DNA of 62,836 nucleotides, the filler included. It is 10 parts of 10 records of this genome, joined end to end, with 100 filler letters (N's around TTAATTAATTAA, not from the genome) between each part and the next. Parts side by side here need not be neighbours in the genome. Positions count along the whole stretch, not along the records: positions 1 to 6,039 come from SRR31156797_140855; positions 6,140 to 15,402 come from SRR31156797_141611; 8 more parts are not named here. One strand, written 5' to 3'. Position 1 is the first letter of the stretch, and every line of letters begins with the position of its first letter. The position numbers were made by a program, and so were the translations under genes. The notes beneath the pieces were generated by a model. That model saw only the letters and a list, made by a program, of their open reading frames with translations, did no database searches and was not told where the DNA came from. Below, in pieces: positions 1 to 8,856 of the stretch.

Positions 1-125
1 AAGTCGTGGGCCAAAGCCTTCTCGTTTCTGCTCTTGGTGTGCGCCACCCACCAGTGTCCCTCAAAACGCTCGATGGACTCCGTCTGGGGCCACAGAATCG
101 GCGGATTCTCATGTATCTTCAGCAA
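1..125 (-). CDS. NusG-family transcription antiterminator paralog (UpxY/RfaH-like), N-terminal fragment running off the window
   Basis: Not in the ORF track. TTG at 125 with AGGAG upstream reads (M)LKIHENPPILWPQTESIERFEGHWWVAHTKSRNEKALAHD, matching the NGN-domain start W-x-V-x-x-T-x-S-R-x-E-K. Confidence 0.75.
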   Translation of the reverse strand, partial: MLKIHENPPILWPQTESIERFEGHWWVAHTKSRNEKALAHD

Positions 126-385
126 TCCTGTTCTCCTGAAATCATACCGTGCCAAATGCCTCCAAACGCGACGAAGTGGCTTCCAGAAGCCATCGGGTCG
201 ATCCGCAAAGCTTAAACCGGCATCCGCTTCTGGTCGAAATACCAACATAGAGTCTAATGTTACGTATGGTGAATGTCAAACCACATCAACATCAGCGTCA
301 AGTTCGCTCCGATGTTGAGCTTGGTACAACATGATATCGCAAGGAACGGCGCACTGCCAGGGTCTTCTGCCTGGAATAGATAGGA

Positions 386-1465
386 GTGACGATGGGCACA
401 TCTCGGCCGCCAGCAGCTCGTTCGCGATGTGGGAAGGGACGATCCGATCACCGCGGTGATTCAGGTGCTTCGGTCGTCCTGTTCACCTGCATCGGTCGGC
501 GCGTTTCTCTGCTCCGGGCTTTTCGCCAGGCGGCCCGACGGCTGAGGCGACGTGTGCGCTTCTACGGGGCCGACATGAGCCCGTTGAGTCCCGCATTGCG
601 ATTGTGTGACGAGAAGTTCCTGGTCAAGCCGACATCGCATGCCCGGTATGTTCACGAACTGCTGTCGATCGTCCGCCGCCATCGTGTTGAATTGCTGGTG
701 CCGACTGTGGATCTGGACCTTCGTCTGCTGGCCGAACAGAAGCAACGCTTCGAAGCGTGTGGCTGCCGGGTATTGGTCTCCGATCCGGAGGTGATCGACA
801 TCTGCCAGGACAAGAGACAGACCTATGGATTCCTCCGGCGACACGGTTTCGACTGCCCCTTGACCCAGAGCGTTCGTTCGGCCCTGACGGCCGATCGCAA
901 GGGTCAGCTTGTTTGGCCATGCTTCCTCAAGCCCTGGGATGGTCATGGTGGCAAGGGTGGCACGGTCGTCCACGATCGCAGGGAATTGCTCTTCTATGCC
1001 AAGCGGGTGCCCAACGCGATCTGCCAGACACTGGTGGAGGGAGTGGAATACACCTGTGATGTCTACGTGGATTTCGACAAGCGCGTGCGGTGTGTGGTGC
1101 CGCGCCGACGTCTGGAAGTGCGCTCGGGAGAAGTCAGCAAGGCGCAGGTTGTCAAGGATCCGCGCATCATGGCCAAGGCTGTCGCGGTGGCCGAGCAGCT
1201 GGCGGCCGGCCCTGGCGTGATAACACTTCAATTGTTCCTAACGAAGAACAATGAGATTAAGTTCATTGAGGTCAACCCGCGCTTCGGGGGCGGAGTTCCT
1301 CTGTCGATCAAGGCGGGCGCCGATTTTCCGAGGTGGATCTTACAGGAACTGTCCGGCATACGGCCACGCATTGGCTCTGATGTGTTTCAGGATGGTCTGA
1401 TGATGCTGCGCTATGATGCCGAGGTTTGGCTCGATGGCGACGATGCGAAGGGCACAAAGAGCTGA
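386..1465 (+). CDS. ATP-grasp domain protein (carbamoyl-phosphate-synthase-like, typical of polysaccharide loci)
   Basis: Motifs LFTCIGRRVSL, CQDK, LKPWDGHGG, EYTCD, FIEVNPRFGGG. Confidence 0.85.
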   Translation: MTMGTSRPPAARSRCGKGRSDHRGDSGASVVLFTCIGRRVSLLRAFRQAARRLRRRVRFYGADMSPLSPALRLCDEKFLVKPTSHARYVHELLSIVRRHRVELLVPTVDLDLRLLAEQKQRFEACGCRVLVSDPEVIDICQDKRQTYGFLRRHGFDCPLTQSVRSALTADRKGQLVWPCFLKPWDGHGGKGGTVVHDRRELLFYAKRVPNAICQTLVEGVEYTCDVYVDFDKRVRCVVPRRRLEVRSGEVSKAQVVKDPRIMAKAVAVAEQLAAGPGVITLQLFLTKNNEIKFIEVNPRFGGGVPLSIKAGADFPRWILQELSGIRPRIGSDVFQDGLMMLRYDAEVWLDGDDAKGTKS

Positions 1466-2634
1466 TGTTGGATTCGCTGATCGGTGACGAGAGGTCGCTC
1501 CGTTGGGCCGTTCGATTCTGGCCCGTCCTCGTGGGGGCATTTGCCAGTACGCTGGCGGCCACGGCGCTGTGCCAGAGAATCGCACTGCGACTCGGGATGG
1601 TGGATCGGCCCGATGGTCGGGTCAAGACGCATGCCGGGCCCGTGCCCTATTTAGGTGGCCTTGGCATGCTGGCTGGCTTGGCTGTCGGCATTTGCGCCGG
1701 CATCTACATCTGTCGGATGGATGCGGTGTTTTTCCGTGAACTTCCCTGGTTCCTTGGCATCCTGGCGGGGGCGTCAATCGCGTGCTTTGTCGGGTTGGCC
1801 GACGATCTTCTCGACTTGCGGCCCCGACGCAAATTCCTCGGTCAACTCCTGGCTGCCGTTCTCTTGTTGTTGGTGGGCATTGCTCCGGATTTCCAGCGTG
1901 CCGTCGAACCGTTCGCCTGGACGATTTCGAGACGGCTCGAGATGGTTCTCGATGCGCTTGTCGTGGTGTTCTTCGTGCTCGGTGCGACGAACTCCCTGAA
2001 CTTGCTCGATGGGTTGGATGGTCTCTGTGCCGGTGTCACGGCCATCATCGCTGGCGCGATGCTGCTGCTGGCGGTTCACCTCGCTACATGGGGCTTTAGC
2101 GACTCTGGTGATCCCGTGCGGGTTGTCATCTGCTTGAGTCTGGTGGGGGGGCTCTGCGGCTTTCTTCCGTTCAATCGCTCTCCGGCGCGGATCTTCATGG
2201 GAGATGCCGGTAGCATGCTTCTGGGATACGTCATGGCGGCTCTGATGATCATGTTTGCAGAGCGGGTGCCACGCTGGTGGATGGCGTCCGTGGTCGTTTT
2301 CGGCTTACCGATTCTGGACACGTCTGTGGCCGTCCTGAGGCGGCTGCTGAATCACCGGCCGATCCTGGTTGCCGACCGAGGCCACATCTACGATCAGATG
2401 ATCGACCGCGGGCTGTCCACACGGAAGACGGTGGCGATCTGCTATGGCCTGGCCGGGCTGTATGCCCTCATCGGGCTGTTTGTGAGCCAGATCCGAACGC
2501 GCTATGGGGCCGTCATTTGCCTCGCTACCTGCACCATTTCAGGGGTGATCGTCTGGCGTTTGGGCTATCTCAAGATGGAGGGACTTCGCGGCATTCAGCG
2601 GGCAAGTGACGCCGATCCGGTTGCTAGAGCGTAG
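1465..2634 (+). CDS. MraY/WecA family glycosyltransferase 4 (undecaprenyl-phosphate GlcNAc-1-P transferase)
   Basis: Motifs PVPYLGG, GLADD, NSLNLLDGLDGL, IFMGDAGS, DRGHIYD; many TM segments; ATG overlaps the upstream TGA. Confidence 0.9.
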   Translation: MLDSLIGDERSLRWAVRFWPVLVGAFASTLAATALCQRIALRLGMVDRPDGRVKTHAGPVPYLGGLGMLAGLAVGICAGIYICRMDAVFFRELPWFLGILAGASIACFVGLADDLLDLRPRRKFLGQLLAAVLLLLVGIAPDFQRAVEPFAWTISRRLEMVLDALVVVFFVLGATNSLNLLDGLDGLCAGVTAIIAGAMLLLAVHLATWGFSDSGDPVRVVICLSLVGGLCGFLPFNRSPARIFMGDAGSMLLGYVMAALMIMFAERVPRWWMASVVVFGLPILDTSVAVLRRLLNHRPILVADRGHIYDQMIDRGLSTRKTVAICYGLAGLYALIGLFVSQIRTRYGAVICLATCTISGVIVWRLGYLKMEGLRGIQRASDADPVARA

Positions 2635-3580
2635 CCGTCAAGTACTCCGTCTCCATGCCAAACTTCACGGCTCCTTCATAGGACGCCGGGATGACCACGC
2701 AGTCTCCCGCGGTGAACTCGACCGGTTCGACTTGAGCCGAAAGGATGCTGCCACCACCGGACAGAATGACCAGCGTCTGCATCTGGCCCTGCCTTAGCAG
2801 CAGTTGGCAATCCGCCATGCGGTGGCCCTTGTCGACTTTGAAGTACTCGCAATCGACGAGACGGCCGCCGCTGGAAGGCGGCAGGGCCTCGGCGGTCACA
2901 TCGAAGTGAATGCTCTCCAGGGCTTCGTCGACGTGGAGCTGCCTGGACTGGCCCGTTTCGTCCACGCGATTCCAGTCGAAGGCGCGATACGTGGTGTCGG
3001 AAGGGGTCTGGATTTCGGCGATGAGCAGTCCGGCGCCGATGGCGTGAGCCGTTCCGGCCGGTAGGAAGTGACACTCTCCCGGCTTGACGGGAATTCTGGC
3101 CAGGAGATCCGCGGTGGTGCCGTCCTTGATTGCCCGGGCGAACTGGTCCCTGGTGACGGCATTCTTGAGCCCCTTGTAGATCACGGCGCCTGGCTCGGCG
3201 TCGATCACGTACCAGCACTCGGTCTTGGGATCGCCTCGACCCATGCGTCGGCAGGTCTCCGGGTCGGGGTGGACCTGGACGCTGAGCACATCCTGGGCGT
3301 CGAGCAGTTTGATCAGCAAGGGGAACGGTCTGGGGAAGTCCTTCGTTCCCGTGATGGCCTCGGGGTGACTTTCGACAAGGGCCGCAAAGCTCTGCCCGGC
3401 GAATTCTCCGTTGGCGATGAGGGATTTGTCATGCGGCAGATCAGCCAGTTCCCAGCTTTCGCCGATCTTGGCGCCGGAGGGTAGATCCTTGCCGAAGGCT
3501 GTCTGGAGCTTCTGGCCGCCCCAGATACGCTGCTTGAAGATCGGTACGGTTTTCAAAGGATACGGTTTCATGGCCGGCAT
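2624..3580 (-). CDS. manA: Mannose-6-phosphate isomerase, type I (cupin)
   Basis: Motifs IWGG, GESWE, LLIKLLDA, LSVQVHP, KTECWY, GTAHA, EIQTPSDTTYR. Confidence 0.9.
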   Translation of the reverse strand: MPAMKPYPLKTVPIFKQRIWGGQKLQTAFGKDLPSGAKIGESWELADLPHDKSLIANGEFAGQSFAALVESHPEAITGTKDFPRPFPLLIKLLDAQDVLSVQVHPDPETCRRMGRGDPKTECWYVIDAEPGAVIYKGLKNAVTRDQFARAIKDGTTADLLARIPVKPGECHFLPAGTAHAIGAGLLIAEIQTPSDTTYRAFDWNRVDETGQSRQLHVDEALESIHFDVTAEALPPSSGGRLVDCEYFKVDKGHRMADCQLLLRQGQMQTLVILSGGGSILSAQVEPVEFTAGDCVVIPASYEGAVKFGMETEYLTATL

Positions 3581-3649
3581 TCTAACGGCGAGACCGGTGC
3601 CTGTCTACCGGTGTGCGGCATGAAATCGCCAGCGGAGGGCGTCTGCCAG

Positions 3650-4603
3650 CTAGCGGAGATAGTCGCCGATTCCGGCAGCAATGGCCACTGCCAGGCGGTT
3701 CTGGAAGGCGCTGTCCTGGAGTTTCCTCGCCTCGCGGCGGTTGGACAGGTAGCCCAGTTCGATCAGCACCGCGGGCCCGTTGGTCTTCACCAGTACGCGA
3801 TAGTCATTCCGGCGCACGCCGCGACTTCGCAGTCCGGTCGTCTTCATGGCGCGAACAATGGCCTGGGCGACCTGCTGGGATTCCCGGGAGGCGGCGTTGG
3901 CGATATAGACGGTGAAGCCCCGGGCGCTGGGATCAGGGGCAGAGTCCGCGTGAATGCTCACGAACAGGTCGGCGTTGCGCTGGTTGGCAAGGGCGGCCCG
4001 CGATTCCAACTCGGGGTACCGATCGTCTTGTCTGGTCATGGTGACCTGGTGGCCCCTGCGTTGGAGGATCCCGGCCAGTTTGGACGCGACGCTGAGATTG
4101 ACGTCCTTCTCATATCCTCCAATGACGGCCGTCGTGCCCGGGTCACGCCCGCCATGGCCCGGATCGACAACAATCGTCGCCCGCTGTGTTGGGCGAAGAG
4201 GGCGCGAAGGCACGGCTCTGCCCAGGTGCGCGCGGATCTGGGCTACCAGGGTTTCGGAGACGTAGGCGGTGCCTCCGGCCTTCCGAACGGTTCCCACGGG
4301 GCCGATGGGCTCGCCATTGACGAAGAAACGACCATCGTCGTGGGTGAAGATCAGAACCGTGTTGGTCCCGTCCCTGAGGACGACGAATGTTTCGTCCTGC
4401 TCGTCGACGCGCAGATTCAGACGCTCTGCAAGTTCCCGGACACTCAGCGTATGGCTGTCACGCACGAGGCTCGGGTTGTTGCCAGTAAAGGATTGGCGAC
4501 TCTGACAGCCGACGATGGTCAGAATCAGGACAGTCACGATAGCAGATAGTGGCTTTTTCATAGTCATGGCACTGTTCTTATCGGGTATTCGGGCACGAGA
4601 CAT
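3650..4603 (-). CDS. N-acetylmuramoyl-L-alanine amidase (Amidase_3), probable lipoprotein; true start may be 4567 or 4561
   Basis: Motifs IVVDPGHGG, EKDVNL, SIHAD, LIELGYLSN; lipobox-like IVGC. Confidence 0.9.
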   Translation of the reverse strand: MSRARIPDKNSAMTMKKPLSAIVTVLILTIVGCQSRQSFTGNNPSLVRDSHTLSVRELAERLNLRVDEQDETFVVLRDGTNTVLIFTHDDGRFFVNGEPIGPVGTVRKAGGTAYVSETLVAQIRAHLGRAVPSRPLRPTQRATIVVDPGHGGRDPGTTAVIGGYEKDVNLSVASKLAGILQRRGHQVTMTRQDDRYPELESRAALANQRNADLFVSIHADSAPDPSARGFTVYIANAASRESQQVAQAIVRAMKTTGLRSRGVRRNDYRVLVKTNGPAVLIELGYLSNRREARKLQDSAFQNRLAVAIAAGIGDYLR

Positions 4604-4662
4604 TTAGATTTCCGGCCATATTCTTGGGCTGGGCCGGAGAAAGAGAGCTCCGTCTGCGTGAT

Positions 4663-5478
4663 TCAAAGGCGTTCTTCCTCGAACATTCGCCAATTTGAGG
4701 CCAGCAGGGCGAAATCGAGCATATTTACCGCGCTGTCTCGATTCGCGTCGGCCCGTTCGCAATAGTCGTTCTGTCGCGAGTTGCCGGTTGTCAGCCAGGA
4801 CCCCGCCAATTGGGCTAAGTCCACGGCGTCTACGATGCCGTCCACGGCGAGGTCGCCGGCAGCCGGGGCGGTGTTGAACACGACGGTAAGGGGCTCTGAC
4901 GGTTCGTATGCATTGGCATCATCCACCTCGTCATAGAGACGGAATGTCATCCAGTGCAGGGACTCACCGTCGGTGGCCTGATACGACATGTGGATGTGAC
5001 CATCGCCTCGCAGACTCTGAATGGTGCTATGATGGAAGCGGTCGCCAGCGTGACCTATCGTGAACTGGGGGTATTCCTTGTGTACCGCCCGCAGGCCCGG
5101 TGATACGGCGACACATTCGACGACAATGCTGTAGTCAATATCAGGCTCTCCACCGAGTGCTCGGTTGGGATCGTAAGTGTTGCCGGCGTGGGTATCGGAG
5201 TTCTGGAAGGCGTCGAAGCCGGGTTCGCCGATACGGTAGCTGTAGCTGGGGAAGATGCTCCTGTTCAGCGGGTAGAACCAGTTGGCGTATGCGTCTGGGC
5301 CGCTGTCGCGGTATTTCTGCGAGCAATCCACGAATAGCACGCGGTCATCGGCGGTGCCCTCAATGCCGTCTGGGTTGCACCCGATGGTGAGGTGGTCCAG
5401 GGGGCACTCGGCTCGTACGGTGGTGGCCGTGGCCAGAGCGAGCATGGTTAGAATGTGTATACTGATGCGAATTCTCAT
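4663..5478 (-). CDS. Secreted protein with C-terminal dockerin-like (duplicated EF-hand) domain
   Basis: Signal peptide; GDLAVDGIVDAVDLAQLAGSW...ADANRDSAVNMLDFALLASNW. Confidence 0.75.
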   Translation of the reverse strand: MRIRISIHILTMLALATATTVRAECPLDHLTIGCNPDGIEGTADDRVLFVDCSQKYRDSGPDAYANWFYPLNRSIFPSYSYRIGEPGFDAFQNSDTHAGNTYDPNRALGGEPDIDYSIVVECVAVSPGLRAVHKEYPQFTIGHAGDRFHHSTIQSLRGDGHIHMSYQATDGESLHWMTFRLYDEVDDANAYEPSEPLTVVFNTAPAAGDLAVDGIVDAVDLAQLAGSWLTTGNSRQNDYCERADANRDSAVNMLDFALLASNWRMFEEERL

Positions 5479-5532
5479 GTGTCACGCTCCTTGTCGTCAG
5501 TGGTGGCCCTTCTGCCTGCGTGCGTGCCGCCC

Positions 5533-6039
5533 TTACGGGACCTCGGGCCATGTCGGGGCCGCTTCGGGATACCAGTAGCACGTGTGCGGCCAGGTATAGG
5601 TCTCCTCGAACTTCATATTTTCGGCATGCCCATCGGCGAAGAGGTAGTTCGACGCGCCCTTGTGCCGGTCCCATGCGATGAACTGCTTAGCGTATTCGAT
5701 CGAGCCTTCCCACATCTCCGGATGGATGTGGTCGGCCAGATTGAAATTCTCGGTATCGGGCGCTTCGCTGATCCAAATAGTGGCCATGGGGCGCTTTATC
5801 TGGTTTGTGTCGTTGTACCGATTCCGGCGGGCCCCATAGCGGAAGTGGATCGGGTCCAGCAGAGCGTTGACGGCGAAGCTGGAGTAACGCGCTTCCTTCT
5901 GCCCGTCGAGTGGGCGGTCCCAATCCACGAAATCCTTGGCGGTGTCGCTGGGACAGTGAAACAGCAGTTGCTCGCGCGTGTAGCCGGCGAGGATGCGCAG
6001 CCAGTGGTCGTTGGGATCGTCGATGTGACACGAACTCGG
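5533..6039 (-). CDS. DUF1559 / prepilin-type H-X9-DG protein, 5'-truncated
   Basis: Frame is open to the contig edge; FHCPSD and H-KGASNYLFA-DGH motifs. Confidence 0.8.
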   Translation of the reverse strand, partial: PSSCHIDDPNDHWLRILAGYTREQLLFHCPSDTAKDFVDWDRPLDGQKEARYSSFAVNALLDPIHFRYGARRNRYNDTNQIKRPMATIWISEAPDTENFNLADHIHPEMWEGSIEYAKQFIAWDRHKGASNYLFADGHAENMKFEETYTWPHTCYWYPEAAPTWPEVP

Positions 6040-6139
6040 NNNNNNNNNNNNNNNNNNNNNNNNNNNNNNNNNNNNNNNNNNNNTTAATTAATTAANNNNN
6101 NNNNNNNNNNNNNNNNNNNNNNNNNNNNNNNNNNNNNNN
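6040..6139. other. Artificial contig linker (N44-TTAATTAATTAA-N44). Equivalent linkers at 15403-15502, 21174-21273, 27248-27347, 32504-32603, 38054-38153, 43523-43622, 49235-49334, 56395-56494.
   Basis: Same N-flanked all-frame stop cassette each time; composition and gene style change abruptly across each linker. Confidence 0.97.
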
Positions 6140-6160
6140 GTCTACGGTTTTGGAACTCAT
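6140..6160 (-). CDS. Start of a truncated gene (MSSKTVD...) downstream of the radical SAM gene
   Basis: ATG at 6160 with GGAGG 5 nt upstream; only 7 codons visible. Confidence 0.5.
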
Positions 6161-6215
6161 GGATTCCTCCTTTTTCTTTTTGATTTGATAAAAATGCGAT
6201 GCGGTTTTTTATGGG

Positions 6216-7409
6216 TTAGAGGGACTTGCAAACGAATTGGCGTTCGTCGTTATCGAACCTGGACGCGATCATTCCGTCATGGATCAAACTTTCCAACAAC
6301 TTGATCGCCTCGTTTGGGTTCAGGTGCAAAGCCAAGGAAATTTCTTCAAGGGTACATGATTTTTGCCCGAGAAGTTCGAGAAGGCGCGCCTTTCCGGAAA
6401 GGAAGGCATGTTCCTCCAGGGTGCCCGAAACACCGGGAACGAGTTCCGCGTTCGGTCCGAATATCGGCAGCAGCGCTTTCAGATGATCCGGTATTGCTGC
6501 TATTGCCGAGCCCTCGGCGGGAGGACGCGAGACCGTGTTGATCTGGATCTTCTCGGCCCGAATGCGGCGGGCAATCGTCGCGATCTTCGATGCCTCATTT
6601 TCTGAATCAGTGACTCCTGCAAGCAGGAACACCTCGAGCCACAGGCGTCCGGAATAGTCGTTACCGAAGGCAATCAGGCCCTCAACCATTTCCGAAAAAT
6701 CTATGTCAGCATGCGGACGGTTGACGCGGGCGAAAACTTCGGCATCCCCGGCATCAAGGGAAGGGATGACCAAATCTGCAGCGGATATCTCTTCACGCAC
6801 GCCAGGATCGGAAAGCAGCGAACCGTTCGTCAGAACCGCGACAGGGATGTCAGTCAGCGTTTTGATGATGCGGATTATGTCACCGCAATCGGAGTGGAGC
6901 GTCGGTTCGCCGGATCCGGATAGGGTGATGAAGTCGGCTTCCGCTCCGGCAGCCAGCCTTTCCTCAATTTCCATCAAGATGTCGGTCATCGGCACATATT
7001 CGCTTCTGACGGTCGTCTTTTCCGTCGTTCGGCCAAGCTGGCAGTAGATGCAGTCGTAGCTGCAGGCCTTGGAAGGAACGAGATCGACACCCAAAGACCT
7101 TCCCAACCGCCGCGACGGGATGGGACCAAATACATTGCGAATGCGCGAACCGGGTTGCACCGACGATCTCCTCGGCGTTTTGCCGCCGTTCCAGCCACCG
7201 GAAAGGAACTGGTTCAGCGTAGGCCGATGGACCGGATTGGTCAAACGGCTTCCACAGATTTCACATCGATCAACGACCCCTTTCAAATGCACAAAACCTC
7301 AAGGAATCTGGGGTTTTGATAATGCGAAACAGTTGCCGAACCCGGCGTTGAAAGCACAAATGAAAGGGCGTATACAACGTGGGAGACAGATGCCGATCGC
7401 ATTCGCCAT
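6216..7409 (-). CDS. Radical SAM protein (FGPIPSRRLGRSLG family, C-terminal HTH-like tail) with a putative N-terminal Cys-rich, Sec-containing extension; alternative internal GTG start at 7160
   Basis: CSYDCIYC cluster motif and SGSGEPTLH. The upstream ORF from ATG 7409 is in frame across a single TGA (7301-7299). The radical SAM core is certain; the extension is inferred. Confidence 0.7.
7257..7298 (-). promoter_or_regulatory. Candidate bacterial SECIS hairpin immediately 3' of the in-frame UGA
   Basis: GGUUUU/GAAAUC, GCAU/AUGU and GGUC/GAUC stems with a GUU apical loop starting 24 nt after the UGA (folded by eye). Confidence 0.5.
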
Positions 7410-7501
7410 CGTTCCATCGATGGTTCGGTAATGGCAGGCATCCCTCGGGATGATCGTCGAGATTTGATGCGTAAGTGACAAGAACTGAGGAGTTCAAGAA
7501 T

Positions 7502-7747
7502 ATGGCCTTAATGATCAATGATGATTGCACCAACTGCGATGCCTGCGTCGAAGCGTGCCCGAACGAGGCAATCAGCGAAGGTGACATGACCTACGAAATC
7601 GATCCGGCCCGTTGCACCGAATGTGTTGGCGCCGAAGACGAACCCCAATGCGCGTTGGTTTGCCCGGTCGACGCTTGCGTTCCGGACCCGGACCGCCAGG
7701 AATCGAAGGATGAACTGAAAGCCAAGTACGAAGGGCTGCACGCCTAG
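7502..7747 (+). CDS. YfhL-type 2[4Fe-4S] ferredoxin
   Basis: CTNCDACVEACP and CTECVG...PQCALVCP; GAGGAG RBS. Confidence 0.93.
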   Translation: MALMINDDCTNCDACVEACPNEAISEGDMTYEIDPARCTECVGAEDEPQCALVCPVDACVPDPDRQESKDELKAKYEGLHA

Positions 7748-7766
7748 TCGTAGCCGAATTTACGTG

Positions 7767-7812
7767 GAAAACCCGGCGGGAGGAGAGATCCATACGCCGG
7801 GTTTTCTCTTTT
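7767..7812 (+). terminator. Rho-independent terminator after the ferredoxin gene
   Basis: GAAAACCCGGCG...CGCCGGGTTTTC followed by T-rich sequence. Confidence 0.7.
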
Positions 7813-7878
7813 GGGGGCGGCCTTTCGATTTTTGTCGTGCGAAAGGGCGCTCCCCCCCCTATGCAACCGAATTGCCGA

Positions 7879-8610
7879 TCAGGCTCTCCCGGGTTGTCGC
7901 GATGCCAGAATTTTGTTCGCGACAAGGGTATCGGTGAAAGTTACCGTTAGTTCCGTTTTTCCACGGCCGGATTCATCGGTCAGATTTCGACTTGCGACTT
8001 CAATGGCGATACCGTCACGGGTAATCCATTTCAGACGGCACAATCCCTGCCGTGAAACCCTTGATCCTTGCCTGCATTCAACTGCGGCGGGTTGGCCATA
8101 AAGGGCCGCGAAACGGGCATGAATAACGTCGGTCGGAAGGCGATCCGAGTATTCGCGGGACCGCATCCGATAGACTTCGCCCGACGCCTGTCCATCCACG
8201 AACCAAAGCGTAAGAGCGATGCCGTCGGCGAAAAATTCTCCGACATGCTCGCCTCTGCCGACCGTCCGCATTGAAACGCCGGAGTGCAGACCGCGAACGA
8301 CTTGGGCGCTCATCCCGAGTTTCACGCCACCGATCGATATATGATCGTTCCGTCGCACCTTGATCTTGGAATAGGCCAGCGGCTCCAGCGCCGTCAGATT
8401 GGCCTCAGGCTGCGATTCGACTCCGAAAAACCAAAGGCCTCCGCCGGCGATCAACAATAACGCAGTCGCCGACAGGACTACTGTGACCATACGTCTGAAC
8501 AATCCTTTTCGGGCCTTTCGACGTATGACCCGGCGCGGACGAGGACAGTAAGGCCGCCCCTGGCGAACTCTGTGCCGCGGTCGCGAAAAAGTTTGGGCGT
8601 ACGTGGACAT
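7879..8610 (-). CDS. Hypothetical membrane-anchored periplasmic protein
   Basis: Basic N-terminus, one TM helix, GGVKLGMS motif, CxxxxxxxxxxC; start uncertain. Confidence 0.6.
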   Translation of the reverse strand: MSTYAQTFSRPRHRVRQGRPYCPRPRRVIRRKARKGLFRRMVTVVLSATALLLIAGGGLWFFGVESQPEANLTALEPLAYSKIKVRRNDHISIGGVKLGMSAQVVRGLHSGVSMRTVGRGEHVGEFFADGIALTLWFVDGQASGEVYRMRSREYSDRLPTDVIHARFAALYGQPAAVECRQGSRVSRQGLCRLKWITRDGIAIEVASRNLTDESGRGKTELTVTFTDTLVANKILASRQPGRA

Positions 8611-8760
8611 TTGGCAAGACCTTAACAATCCCTCCCGACCAAACTATTAAGCAACAGGATCTTATTTTTAAGTATAATAGTCAATTGTATTAAATAGATC
8701 ATAAATAAGAACAAAATAATGATAAATTACCTAAAATTTTATGCATATTTTTGCCTTCTC

Positions 8761-8792
8761 AAAAAAAGGCCGGCACTCCAGAGAGCGCCGGC
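8761..8792 (-). terminator. Rho-independent terminator downstream of paaK
   Basis: GCCGGCGCTC...GAGTGCCGGC followed by CTTTTTTT on the minus strand. Confidence 0.65.
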
Positions 8793-8856
8793 AAAACACC
8801 AGAAACTCATGCACCGACACCGGCACACCCCGGTGCGGAACCACATTCAAACGCTG

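Noticed and set aside
7299-7301. Alternative genetic code (UGA = Trp or Gly) in contig 2
   Set aside because: Other genes on this contig end normally at TGA (paaK, the binding protein, livH, livM), so any recoding must be site-specific.
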